DNA of 64,000 nucleotides from Takakia lepidozioides. Its lineage: Eukaryota; Plantae; Bryophyta. This document shows positions 23,401 to 36,372 of the stretch, piece by piece. Where the stretch lies: assembly GCA_030704615.1 (NCBI GenBank), contig CM060734.1, forward strand, positions 52,824,001 to 52,888,000, read 5' to 3'. The notes under the pieces are model-generated. The model ran no database searches, was not told the DNA's origin, and was given only the letters and a program-made list of their open reading frames with translations. Made by a program: the position numbers and the translations under genes. Each line of letters opens with the position of its first letter. Position 1 is the stretch's first letter.

Positions 23401-24313
23401 TATGCCAGAATTAAGGATTATTTGAGCAATGATTGGGCCAGACACTATGATAGGAGACTTTGCGGTAGTACCTTGTAATCTTTTCATCTCCTCTACTAGT
23501 GCGTTGTACATTATGTCCGCCCATTGTACCTCTTGTCCTTCAGGCCTTTGAGTATTTCCTCTGTGAAGGATCTGCTCAAATATTGTTGGTTCTGTTTCAG
23601 GGCAAACAGAACGTTCAATACCTGGCCTATCTCTTTTAACCCTGGGTACACAGCTTTGGTACAAGCATAACCCTGAGTTTTAAAGAAACTCCCTTCTTGG
23701 AATAAGTCCCTATTTGCAGTCTTGCCCTGTGTTCCCCCACATGCACCTGACCTGCTGGCAATTGAAACAATTGCTGGAGGTATAGGGGAGTAATCATTAA
23801 TTCAACTCCCTTCACCGTTGTTGTTCCTGTCCTTGGCTCAAAGTTCTGCAAAAATTGTAACATGTACTGTCTATGGTGTAGTGTCCAATCTAGACTTTGC
23901 AATCCTTCCAATCTCAGCTCCTCCAGTATCTTTATCGCCTGTGGGGTAGCCATCGTTTGTTTCTGCAGAATTGTGGTGCTCTTCACCCTGATTTCCTCCA
24001 TTCCTCTCACTCTCTTCATCTTAGACTCACAGAACTGCTTTGGCTGTAACAACTGCAGGAATGCCTGTAGTGCACAAAGCAGAAACGTATGGTTGCCGCA
24101 GAAAGCTATGGGTAATCTCTTGTAAGCCTGCGGGGCTTGCAAGCATTGTTCAAGAGAAAAGCTCTGCTCTGTCGTTTCGTGTCTATGCCATTGCGTAAGT
24201 AATATTGCGAGCGTATAGTCTGTTAGTTCCTCCATAGTTTCCAAGTTATAGCATTTATGGCCTGTCCTGTCGAGACGCCCGTTACTCAGAACGACGCCGC
24301 CTCTTGCGTTCAA
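20483..24313 (-). CDS. Large extra ORF downstream of pol (Athila env-like position); N-terminal plant-transposon-protein-like domain plus long coiled coil
   Basis: Six overlapping same-strand ORFs that appear to join by single-base frameshifts into roughly 1200 aa. FLQNFEPRTGTTTVKGVELMITPLYLQQLFQLP resembles the Athila ORF/Transposase_32-like motif. Q/E/L-rich heptad segments at about 21700-22650. Confidence 0.7.
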
Positions 24314-24639
24314 TTTCCTTCCATTTTCTTGATCATTTCTCTGGTTTTCTATTGGCTGTATTGCTGTGACTGGATTTTAACTTTTATCTTCTTTAGTGGA
24401 CTTTCCCTGTTGGATAGTCCACTAGGATCACACATGCGACATGAATTCAGCTTTTCTGTACTTGTCGTTCGTTCTGTTTTCTTTTCCGTATTCATTAATG
24501 GGCCCGCCTTTCATCCCATTTGACGGCCGTTCTTTTCCTCTTTCTTTTTGACACCTGTCCTTGCACTTCATTCTCTGCTGTGTGTCGCACCCTGACCTCC
24601 ACGTGTCTATTTTTAAAGTAATTTCCGTTTCCTCTTCCG

Positions 24640-27600
24640 TCATCCATTTTCCTGAAGTTTTATGTGTCCACTTGTCACTGATTCTATGGTTCGTGTAATT
24701 TTAGTAGGCTGCGTTGAGCTGTGACAGGCTGTGTCATACTGTGTTACCCTGTGATAGGCTGTGATGCACTGTGGTAAGCTGTGATAGGCTGTGACACGCT
24801 GTGGTATGTTGTTATAGGCTGTGTTGCGTCGTGATGGGCTGTGATAGGCTGTGTCACGTTGTGATGGCGTTGTGTTGGCTGTGTTACGTTTGTTTTGCCC
24901 ACCCTGGTCGTATATGCTGGGCCTAGCAACTAGTGTTCCATACTCCGTTCGTAACACTGGTGCAGCCCGTGACTGCTCTTGCGGTTCAACATGCAAATCA
25001 TGCTGCAGGGGTTTGTCATGGATACCACTGTACCCCTTCAACTTATTTGCATTCACTCTTCCCAGCATTTCTTTGTTAATGGTTTGTAACATGGCGGTGT
25101 TGTTATCATACATCTTTTGTATGACATAAGGTCCTTTCCACGGTGATTTGAGCTTAGAAGCTTGAATCTTTCCTTTCTTCTGCAACCATAGAACCAAATC
25201 CCCCGTCTTAAAAGTCTTTAACTTGCCTTCATCAAACTGTTCCTTTCGCTTCATCTGAATTCTGGTCATATTATCAGCTGCATCAGCACGTACTTCTTCC
25301 ACATGGTATAATTCATGTTTCCTGACCTTGATGGAGTCTTGCAATTCCATTCTTTTTCCCCACTCCGTTCTCATGGTAGGTAACAGGAATTCCACTGGAA
25401 GTAAGGCTTCCATACCATAAACTAATTGGAATGGTGTATACTTAGTCGTGACTTTATATGAAGTCCTGTATGACCACAAAGCTGTCAGCAGCTTTGTATC
25501 CCAATCCGTTCTGTTTGCATTGACTATCTTAGCCAAGATAGTACATAGTATTTTGTTGGTAGCCTCTGCCTGCCCATTACCCTGTGGGTAATATGTTGTA
25601 CTCTTTCTATGCACAATCATAAACTCTTTAGTCAACAACTCAATGGTCTCATTCATGAAGTGACTTCCTTGATCACTGATAAATTCTAAGGGACATCCAA
25701 ATCGTGTAAGTATGTTCTCGTACAGGAACCTTGCTGTGGACTTGGCTGTGTTGTCCCTCAAAGCTTTAGCTTCCACCCACTTTGTAGTATAATCAGTGGC
25801 TGTAATTATGTACCTGTTTCGTGTATTCTTGGATGGTGGATTAATTGGTCCAACAAAGTCTAGTCCCCATTTCTGAAATGGTTCCGTAGGCATTGTAGGA
25901 TGCAAGGCCATTCTTCCAGATCTCTGCAAAGGTCCTAGCCTCTGACATTCATCACACTTCTGACAATACTCATGTACATCTTTGAACAAAGTAGGCCACC
26001 AGTATCCTGCGAGTAGTATCTTTCTACTGGTAGTCTCTTCTCCAAAATGACCTCCAGCCACTCCTTTATGAACTTCCTCCAAGACTTTATTTACTTCATG
26101 GTGGTACAAGCATCGTTTTAGTACTCCATCAGGTCCTAACTTATACATTCTGCTTCCTACCATAGTATAAGGTAAACTCTGATAGCAATTCTCTTCCTCT
26201 GCTCCTTACCATAACTAGGTGGGCACTGACCATGAGCAAGGTAGTATCTGATTGGCCACTGCCAATCTAACCATTCATCTGCACTTCCTTGCACCTCCAT
26301 TACAAATAAACTCGCATCAGGTAACTGATCGTCCACTCCTGTGGCGGCCTCTCCTGTTGTTAGTCGTGACAAATGATCTGCCACAAGATGCAAACGGCCA
26401 GGCTTGTAAATAACCTCGAACTCAAACTCATGCAAGATTATTAACCACCTCGCTATCCTTCCACTTATCAAAGGTTTGTTCACCAGATATATCAGAGCCT
26501 GGTGATCCACATAAAACATAAACTTTCTTCCCAATAGGTAATGCCTGAATTTCTTGACTGCATAAATCATTGCCAATGCTTCTCTTTCCGTTGTACTATA
26601 GTTCCTCTCAGCACTGTTCATCAATCGGCTAGCATAGTACACAGGTGAATCTATATTTCCTGTAACATTCTGGGCTAACACCGCACCCAACGCTTCTCCT
26701 GATGCATCGCAGTGAACATGAAATACTACATGCCAGTGAGGGTTAATCAGCACAGGTGTAGTTGTTACTGACAGTGTAAGTTCCTCAAACGCCTGTTGAC
26801 ATTCAGCTGTCCAGGCAAACACTGCATCTTTCTTCAGAAGCTTGCTCAATGGTGCTGCTATTTGTGCATACCTTTTGACAAATCTTCTGTAATAACTGGT
26901 TTGCCCAACGAATCTCCTTAAACTCTTAACATTCACTGGTGGTGGAGAGACTTTAATGGACTCTGTCTTCTGGGATCCACAAGAAGTCCCTTCTTACACA
27001 CAATGTGTCCCAGAAGCACCCCTGAGTTCACACAGAAAGTACACTTCTCTGGATTCAAGCCCAGACCTCTCATCCTGCATCTGGCCAGGCATAACTCCAA
27101 TTTATGCAAGTGCTCCTTCTTAGAGCTGTACACACTGAAATCATCCAAAAACACCTGCATGAAATCATCCAGATACTCATGAAAAGATTCACTTATCACT
27201 CTCTGAAAGGTCGCTGGTGCATTACAAAGTCCAAAGGGCATGACTTTGTATGCATAAGCCCCCCAGTCTGTGATGAAAGCTGTTTTCCCTTGGTCTTCTT
27301 CTGCCACTTGCACTTGATTATAACCACTGAAGCCATCCATGAATGAGTACATCTCATGGCCAGCCACAGTGTCTAATACTGCTTCTGTGAATGGCAAAGG
27401 GAAAGGATCTTTCTTCGTACAAGCATTCAGCTTCTTATAGTTCACACATACTCTTAGCTTGCCATTCTTCTTTGGAACTATAACAATGGGTGACAACCAA
27501 GTTGTATACTCTATTGGGTATATAAACTTAGCCTCAGCCAACTTCTTTATCTCTTCTCCAACCTTCTGTGCGTAGTTGGGATTCATTCTATACCTCGCCT

Positions 27601-30600
27601 GTTTGATTGGTACTGACCCTGGTTCCAGTTCAATCTTATGCTGACAGACTTCAGGTGGTATCCCTTTTAGATCCTCATAGCTCCAAGCAAATACATCTCT
27701 ATATTTGATGAACAAGCTTTTAGCTTCTTCGAAGAATTCCGGCTCCAATCAGCTCCTACTTTCACCATTCTCGGTTCCTCCTGAGTTCCCACATTTACTT
27801 CTCTCACCTGCTCATCAGCTGTGATTGTCCAACCAGTCACCACTTCATCATTTAAGCTCACAGTGGCTGGTTCTTCTAGGATTTCTATCTCTCCCTCCTT
27901 TTCTTCATAGAAATGTGGTGGGTAACAGTTGGTTTCCTCTTCAATTGGTGTTGCCGACACTACACCACAGCAGATACCTCTTAAACAACTTAGGCTTTCC
28001 AGCCGCATCTCCGCAACCTGCTCCCATTCTGGGTGTGCAGCAAATAGGGTAGCTTCCTGCTCCTCATCCAGTCCTCCTCTCCAGTCATACTCTCTGACTC
28101 CTCGAGGTTTTCTTGTAGCAGGTAATCTACTAGATTTCTTTGTGGTAATTTGTATCTCGTGCATCCCATTATGCACAGTTAGTAACTGAGAATTCCAGTC
28201 ATGGAATACCCTGGCCTGTTTCAGCCATGGACGTCCCAATAATAAGGAGTAAGCCTCCATGACTTCATCCATTTTTAATACAGTTACTGTGATCATAAAG
28301 ATCATTTTCTGTATCTGTATCTTAACTCCTCTTATTAATCCCAATGGCTGTACACTTCTTTGATCTGCCATTGTTACTGTAAATGGGGCTGGTTTCATGT
28401 TACTTAGACCAAGCTTCTTCCTTAATTGGTCTGTCATGATATTTACTCCAGAACCACCATCTATCAGTACATCAGTTAGTTCTGTGCTTCCAATTCTCAA
28501 TTGGATTACTGGCATAGAATCATCAAAGTCCATGACTGGTTCTCGCCCTTCCGGCTTCACATTATAACTGGTCACCTTGCTGTTCAGGTCTGTGTTTCCT
28601 GTTTCTTGGGCAATTCGATTGATTGCCTGATACAGCCTGTGCCTACAATAAGGTGCCACAGCTAATAGCTGTCCAATGGTAATTTCTGCTTTGGTCTGAC
28701 ATATTACTGCAGCCAAAGTCTCTTCATTACTTTGCATGTCTGCATCTTTTTTTTTCCTTTCTTCCTCACTCCCTTCTTTTTCTCCATCCGAATCAGAGGA
28801 ATCTGCCACAGGAATATCAGTACTCTTTTGCATTTCCCTTATAGTATCTGCCACTTCCTTGTGCAGTTCCCTCTCATCTTTCCAAGTCTCTTCATCTTCA
28901 GGCATATCATTGCCACTTCCATTCTCATCTTCTTCCTCTTCTACTGGAGGTATTAGTTTGGCTTTACTTCTTGTTACTATCATTGTACTTACTTCTGGTA
29001 CAACACATGGCCTAACCATGTGAGCTGCCACCACTGGGCCCTCATTCACAGGAGCTCTCATCTCATTCTGGTGTCTTATCCAGAATGAACAGGCTGCCTT
29101 GCGATGTCCTGGCTGATTACAATAGTAACATAGCTCTTCACCATTGGGTCCTCGCCCTTGGTCTGTTCTTGGATTATTTCTATAATCCTGATTCCCGGGT
29201 TGGTAATTCCCCCTTGGGTTACCCTGATAGTTGCCTCTGGAATTCCTTGGTAATTCCCTCTTGAATTACCTCTCCCTTCCATGCCATTGTTATAACCACC
29301 AGACCTACCATAGTGGTCCTGATCATTATTTCTTCTTGGCTGGGGCTGCACCTGATGCACCCTTACTTGCCTAGGTTCTCTTGCAGCTGTCCTTCTGTTG
29401 TAGTAACAATTCTCAGTAGAATGGTTATCCATTTTACAGATAGTACAGTGTTTCTCCTTCATGTGGCATTCTGTGGTGGTATGGCCTTCATTCTGGCATT
29501 TTGCACACCATACACCCTTCCTCCAATGTGTTGCAGCCTCTGTGGCATACTTCTTCAAGATTTCTTCCAATTTTTTTTCATAGTTATCCCTCTTCAACTT
29601 CTCCTTCTCTTACTCTTTCTTTTTAGTTCTTGCTCTTCTTCTTCATCTGACTCATCCTCAGAGTCCTCATCTTCTTTTTTCTCTCTCCTGAGCATTCCCA
29701 ATTGCTCAATTCTGTTCGCAGTTTCAAATGCCTCTTCCACTGTATTATGGGGTAACATATCCACTTTCTTTTGCAACTCTGGTCTTAATCCACTCACAAA
29801 CCAAGTCTTCTGTAAACCGGGCGCTGGTACTGCAGCCAGCTTTTTCATCATCAATTCCATCTTCTCCATATACTCTTCAACAGTTTCATGCTTCTTCTGC
29901 TTCAGCTGTTGTAAACTTCCATATACTTCATCCTCAGTTTTACTTGTCCTGAACCTATTTCGAAATGCTGTATTCAAGCCATTCCAGGTTAGGAAATGAT
30001 TATCAGGGAATCTTGCATACCATTCACTTGCTTTTTTGATAAGTGAACAAGGAAACAGTCTCATCTTGGCATCATCGCCATTCTCATTGTTCACTATACA
30101 CATGTGCTCAAATTGGCTAATGTGTACATCGGGATCCCCTTTTCCTGAATATATTGGAAAGGGTGGTTTTGCCCGTGTTGGTTGTAACGCCATCTGTGGC
30201 CCTACCTTCTGCCCACTGGCAGGTGCTGGCACCCTTGCTGGTGCTGGTCCTTCTGGACCTGTTGTTTTTGTGGTGGATCTTCCACCAAGTGGTGGCCCTT
30301 GAGCACTCCTTGCTTCTGGTCCCACGATATTCACAGTATTCCCAGCTTCAGTTGCACTACTTCCCACACTCCCTGTCCCCCCAGAGCCAGATCCAGGCAG
30401 CCCGCCTGATCCCCCTGAGCCGACACCTTCGTTGGCCTGTGATCCAAGTGCTCCACTTGATCCAGGTCCAACGGGTTGGGATGTCCTGGTTGTAGTCTCA
30501 ACCTCAGCTGTTGGGTCTACTTCTTCATATTCTTCCTCTTCCAATTTCTTCTCTCTGTTTTCATCCTCCAAGTTCTGCCCTTGGGTTTCTTCTTCACTCA

Positions 30601-31024
30601 TGTAACTCAACTGTAATGGTGTTGGAGAGTCTGAACTCTCCGTTGGCTCTGCCACATCCTCTTCTCCTTCTTCATCTTCTGCTTCAGAAACTGGAGTTCC
30701 TGCTTTTGGTGTTCCATGCCAACTCTTATCAAAGATTTCTGTCAAGTCTTTTATCCAAGGATGTACTTCAGATCTTTCACCTCGTGATTGATCTTCTTCC
30801 TGTACCAATTCCCTTAATCTTTCTTGCAAAGAAACAGAAGGAGTGGCATCCAACTCTAGTTCTTCCAGTATAGGTGATGCACTTTTTGATCTTGATGGTG
30901 TGAGAGGTCCAGATGATTCCCCTATGTCTATTCCTCTCTCCCAAAGATATGGATAATTAGCTTTCAGATAGCTTTCTCTTTTTGATGAATATCTTTGTCG
31001 TCTAGCTTCTCTTTCATCACTCAT
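24640..31024 (-). CDS. gag-pol of the non-chromovirus Gypsy, split by single-base frameshifts
   Basis: Gag (YSGKGDPDVHI, QKKHETVEEY), CCHC knuckles, protease LIDGGSG, RT FMDGFSGYNQ and FLDD, RH HCDAS, INT HKGVAGGH..CDEC, WGLDF, SDQG, NGQAE and WKGPY. Confidence 0.95.
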
Positions 31025-31045
31025 GTCCCATGTCTTTCATTTCTT

Positions 31046-31741
31046 TTAATGTGGCAATAACCAAAACTCTCTTCTGTAATATCTCTCGTATATGCCTGGG
31101 TTTCTTTCAAGCTTCAATGCACCCTTGGCTATACTTGAAGTCTCCGTTACCATATAACCATATGGCAAACAAGTCTGAAAAGCTGTTCTTGGTGTGAGTT
31201 TGATCCACAAAATATCCTTTGGAATCCAATTCTTTACCAGTACAAGCTCTTCATGCATATGAGTATAAACATTCACCTTTCTTTCTTCCCAGCCTTCAAA
31301 CTCTACTCGTTTAATGGATAGCAACGCTATCACATAAACTAATGTTGGTAACCAACGTGCTCTTCCTCTACAGGCTACCTGATAAATCTTTATCACTCCT
31401 TTCTCCAGACCCCATTCTGGATCAGCATCATGCACTCGTTTAAGAATATTTTCTTTACATCCGTCTGGCAATTCCAAGAACCTTTGAAAGAATTGTTTGG
31501 ACAATCTTTCTTCCTTCGTTCCACAGGGAATTTGATTCACTTCAAGTTCTTTAATGGTCCAACCACCATGATCCCACCAGATGCCTGTCACATCTGGTTG
31601 TTCATGTTCCAGGTCCCCAGTATGGTCGCCAAATGTCGCGCGGCTTTTACTCACCCATCCCTTCGCTATCCGAGGCGGAAATTCCAAGATAGAAGAGTTG
31701 GAAATCTCTAAGTACTCAGCCCGCGCAGAACAATCAGTCAT
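31046..31741 (-). CDS. Extra ORF upstream of gag (231 aa, unknown function), starting inside the 5' LTR
   Basis: Uninterrupted ATG-initiated ORF crossing the LTR/PBS boundary and ending about 20 nt before the gag ATG. Confidence 0.55.
   Translation of the reverse strand: MTDCSARAEYLEISNSSILEFPPRIAKGWVSKSRATFGDHTGDLEHEQPDVTGIWWDHGGWTIKELEVNQIPCGTKEERLSKQFFQRFLELPDGCKENILKRVHDADPEWGLEKGVIKIYQVACRGRARWLPTLVYVIALLSIKRVEFEGWEERKVNVYTHMHEELVLVKNWIPKDILWIKLTPRTAFQTCLPYGYMVTETSSIAKGALKLERNPGIYERYYRREFWLLPH
31614..31631 (-). promoter_or_regulatory. Primer-binding site, tRNA-Arg-like
   Basis: TGGCGACCATACTGGGGA, 2 nt inside the 5' LTR boundary; resembles the Arg-type PBS of Tat/Ogre-like elements. 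Confidence 0.75.
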
Positions 31742-32666
31742 GACCTACAGCTAGTGTATCATGGGGGTGTTTCCTATGCGTTTCCCTTTTCGCATTCATC
31801 TTAGCTACCTTTGGCATTGATAATTAAGTATCAGTTGCTTCATCAATCTATCGGTTTCCTTCACTCATCCATTCAATCCACAGCTTCTCTCAGATCTCTC
31901 TACACAGTGTGATTGTATCGTATAAGTATCAGATTATGATTTATCAGGTATCAGGCCGAAGCCATTATGTCTCTAATCTGCTCTACAATATCACTACCGC
32001 TTTGCATATAACAAGCATCTACTAATCCTCTTTCCTCCTTCATCGTGCTCTCCATCTCTTGCCTCCGATCTCCGCTCCTGCCTGACTCCGAAGTCCCCCT
32101 CCGAATAATGATCCTCCTTCATTCCCCGTTTCTCCCTTTATCCTCCTATCCGCGGTTCTAACCGTTTCCCTCTCTAACCGTCGTATGTGAACTAACATGT
32201 TCCCTTCACAGGTGTTGTTCCCCACAGTCGTTCCCTGTCCTACTCTTCGTTCCCTATTATCGTGACAGCTGTGTCAAGCGGTGACTGGCTGTGTTTGGCT
32301 GTGTCGGGCTGTGACTGGCTGTGTGGCTGTGCCGGGCTGTGACTGGCTGTGTGGGCTGTGTGGGCTGTGTCTGCTGTGACGACTGTGACGGGCTGTGTGG
32401 GCTGTGTGGGCTGTGTGGGCTGTGACTGCTGTGACGACTGTGACGACTGTGACGGGCTGTGTGGGCTGTGTGGGCTGTAACGACTGTGACGGGCTGTGTT
32501 GGCTGTGTGGCCTGTGACTGCTGTGTCGGCTGTGTGGGCTATGTAACCCCCCTCTACAGTGCGCTGCTGTCACCCCTAAGGCTCCTGTTGGTCTCAGTCT
32601 GTGCAAAAATTAAGGGTACCCTACAGATCCCGTATAAGTTTCTAAGTCCCCTACAGTCCTCTAACA
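31634..32666 (-). repeat. 5' LTR of the non-chromovirus Gypsy
   Basis: Direct repeat of 19412-20444; contains a degenerate GGCTGTGTG/GACTGT array (about 32267-32542). Confidence 0.95.
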
Positions 32667-35600
32667 GTTAGACACCTAGCCTTGGGTGTCATTGTTGTCA
32701 CATCCTTTGTTGAATTTATTTGTCCGAACAATCTGAGTGTTCCCCCTTGGTTGTCAAGTCTACAAAGACAAATGTACTTATCAGAGGCGAATTGCTCTAG
32801 AAAAAATGGAGGGACAGAGAGAATGCGTCCATAGAAGGTCAAATGGGCCTCTAGGCCTTGGTCAGTAAGGAAAAAGAGTGAGGGCAGCTCTGATCATAAT
32901 TATGTCTCTGTCTGTTGGCTTGGAGCAGTGCTCCAGCTGTGGCCTAATAAGAAAAGTACGCAGGCTCCAATAGTGGCCTACTGGAGTGCTAGTAGCATGT
33001 GGCATTGTTGCACTGAAGTATGTCAGCTTATATGCTGCTCAGGTATTTCAGTCCTCACTGTAAGTGTATCTAGAGTGTAGTGGCAATACAACATGTCAGC
33101 TTTGGAATGAGATAATCCTGAAGACTCCATAGAAGCACCTAAAGGATGGATGGGGCCTGTAAGGCTCGATATTTGACTGCATTCCATAATTACTTGGAGA
33201 GTATACTGAGTTGAAATGGTTACACGTATTTGTAGTTTGACGTACAATGTGTTGATGTGAAAGATGATTCCAGGCATTGCCTCGTACTTTGCAGAACTTT
33301 CTGTAAGCAAGAAACACATTTAGGGCTCAAGGATATGACGGTGGTCTGTATTGCCTCTATGCAACTCAGCATAAGACCAGCCACAATTGATACCTCTCAT
33401 GATCACATGCCATATGGCTCATGTCATCTGTAGAGTGACCAGGCAGATATGGTGCTACTTTAGTCACATGAGACACATGGACATGGGAAATCAATCTCAA
33501 AAGGCTCTGTACTTGTATAGGTGTTGTAGATGTTTGAAGACCTTCAATGCTACCTAAAGGTTGTCATGTCATTTTTATCTGTTGACCTAAGCAAATCTGT
33601 CTACCTCCTTTGTCTTTAATTATTCTCATTCTAATCCATGTGGTGTTTCCATGGAGCAGGCTTTAACGGTGGGAAGCAACTTTCTCCCAGTACCAGAATT
33701 GGTTGTGCTGCTGGGTGAGTGTGCAAAGGCAGCCCTGGAAGAAAGAGGACAATGCTTTCAATGCTTTCTTTCTCTTCAACCTCATATTTGTTAAACATTT
33801 TGATTTCTGTTGTGCAATGGGGGCATTGGTTGCATGCATCAGTCCTTTTGCAGATTGCTGTACAGTTTTGTGATTTTGCTTCATGATTAAACTTCCCTGA
33901 TTTTAATTCACATTTTTGTCTTCATTTTTGAGTGGTACAGACTGTTGCTCAATTGTTTGACTTTCCTTGTTTTTTGTTGATCCATGAGAGATGTGAAGAA
34001 TCAGAATGACTGTCTCTGAACTTTTCAAGAGTTACATAGAAAAGGATTTGATGAAAGTCACCGAAAGCAAGAAAATTGTGGAAAAACCTTGAAAAAAACT
34101 GCCCAAACAAACTGGTGCACCTTTCCCAGGTACTTTGGGAGGTTCTTACAGAAAATATAATTCATTGTGAAGTGGGGACGAGGGAAGACTTGACGGAAGT
34201 TGCATCATCTTCCACAGCGCCAACTCAACTCAACTTAGTGATGAGCATACGTGGGGAGGAGACACAGCCCACTGGATAGCCCTACGGGAGCTGGGCAAAT
34301 TGGCGATGCTTGCCAATACAATGGGTTGTGGGTGTAGGTGGTGTGCATTTACTGCTTTTAGAGGAGACAGTTACGTACAGTGATCTGGTCAGGTGCTTAA
34401 AGCTTACTACAATCCACTTCCTGTTTGATCATGTTAGACTTGCTACTTGCCTTGTCCGTTTTATTTGAAGCCTTAGTGTTTGTCCAAGGAGATATGTTGA
34501 GTCTGTGGGATGGAAAAAAAGTTTCAAATGAAGTTTCCACAAAAGACTTCCAACATTGAGAAACTAGACTCTCTTGGTGCAATCACTAGGATTTTAACCG
34601 AAGTTTCCACAACAAACAAACACTGGACTCTATGGCAGATTTAGTAGGCACCTACCAAATGCTGGTCACAGATGGAGTGCCTCATGCAGGTAAGCTGCTT
34701 AGCACTTGGGAGACATTATCTTCTGTGAAAAGCAAAGTCATAATTGCATACATTAGATACTATTTTGAGCTCACAACCCAATAGCCTGGGCTATCGGGTG
34801 GGATAACATTGGGGCTCACATGAGAGTCTGACAATTATATCTCAGTTGCACCAGTCCATCAAAGTGCACTTTTAAACTATCTAAGATCACAGGGCTTGAT
34901 GTTGCATTGCAGCACACGAAAAGCAGCCCGATGACATCATTTCTACAATGCGAGCTTAAAGTGTTGAGGGACCACATCTCCAATCAACAAGAGGATGGAC
35001 TCATTCTTACGAGTCAAGATGGCCCACATGTATCATGCAAACCTGGGCAAGATAAGTTTCTGGTTGACACTAGTGGTGACCTATGGGCAACCTTCCAAGA
35101 GATTTTTGGCTTGCAGCTCCAAGGAGCTGATGAGAAAGAGGAGAAAGACTCTGGGGATGTTGAGGAGAGCTGTGAACATGACAGGACTTCACCAAGGAGA
35201 GTGTTGGATGGGGCAAATACAAGTGGTTTGGCAACTGCCTACATGGAGGAAACAAGAATTGAAGATGTTTCTATGCCATCATTGCAGGGAGCAAGGGGCA
35301 TGGCCAGTAGTAATAAAGCTGCACAGCTAGATGAGACTGCAGGCAAGCTGGGGCATGGATCGTCCTCCCTGCCAGTCATTACGATCATGTCATGCAGGTG
35401 ATGATGTATCAATGGAGGAAGTAGCCAATAAGTGTGATGAGGAAGTAGTGAGTTTGGTAGGCCTGCAGGAACGGTTGTCGTGAATGGTCCTATTACAAGT
35501 GGCTCACCGACTGCAAAAATGGAGGAAATAAGAAATGAGGATGTTGCAGCCCAGCCATGTAACAAAGCTCCAATGTCATCCATGCAAGGAGCAACAAGAC

Positions 35601-36372
35601 TGTGTTCACTTTTTGTTTCTTCACAGTCAGTAGTTCTTGTATTTGAATCACTCACAAAGACCATTGGTGCAGCATGCCTATCAAACTCGTAGTCTTCCTC
35701 ACTGTCCTCACTGCCTTCCTCCTCCACTGGGGCACACCCATGCTTGCCTGCAGTCTCATCAGCCACTGTTCTGTTAATGCTGGCCATTGAGGGTACGGGT
35801 AAACCAATTTGTGCAGATAGGGATTCACAGAAGGCCAGCCATACAGAGATGGTGAAGGACTTAAAAGGAGTGGACTTCAAAGAAGGATGCCCATTTGGGC
35901 TTCTTATTTTGCTGTTACTTGTAAGTGCTGCTCTTTTGTTTGACATGCTTGCTTATAACTATCAAAAAACAGGTAAATTAAAAGAAAAGGTTGATAAATT
36001 TTGATGTCTGCATCCCAACCTCTTCCTCTGAGTAAACCTTAGAGCGTTTTCTTATTAATTTGAGTTGTCCCTGTGAAGTTTTAAGATCTTGCATTTTGTC
36101 ACACTTGTTTAGTTTGTCCAGTAGTCATTGCAGGGGTTGCCCATGCTCCAGCAGATTCTGTCCTACATACTTGTGGTCACCCAGACGGCAACAACATGTG
36201 AGAAACTATTCGGGTACCAATTTATTTTGTTTCGTGCTTCTGTCTTTTTGGCTTCACAAACCCACCTCAAGGAACGGCTGGTACCTGGATCTCTCCCAGA
36301 GTTGTGTGACATAATAAACCCTTTTCCTTGTGTACCTTGGGCTCTTTGGTCGAGCAGACATTGTAAGTTCCT

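Larger units (their letters stand above)
19412..32666 (-). mobile_element. Full-length, very young non-chromovirus Ty3/Gypsy element (Athila/Phygy/Selgy-type) with extra 5' and 3' ORFs
   Basis: Two 1033-bp LTRs, TSD GTTAG (19407-19411, 32667-32671), PBS, PPT and gag-PR-RT-RH-INT. No chromodomain or extra archaeal-type RNase H seen. Confidence 0.97.
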
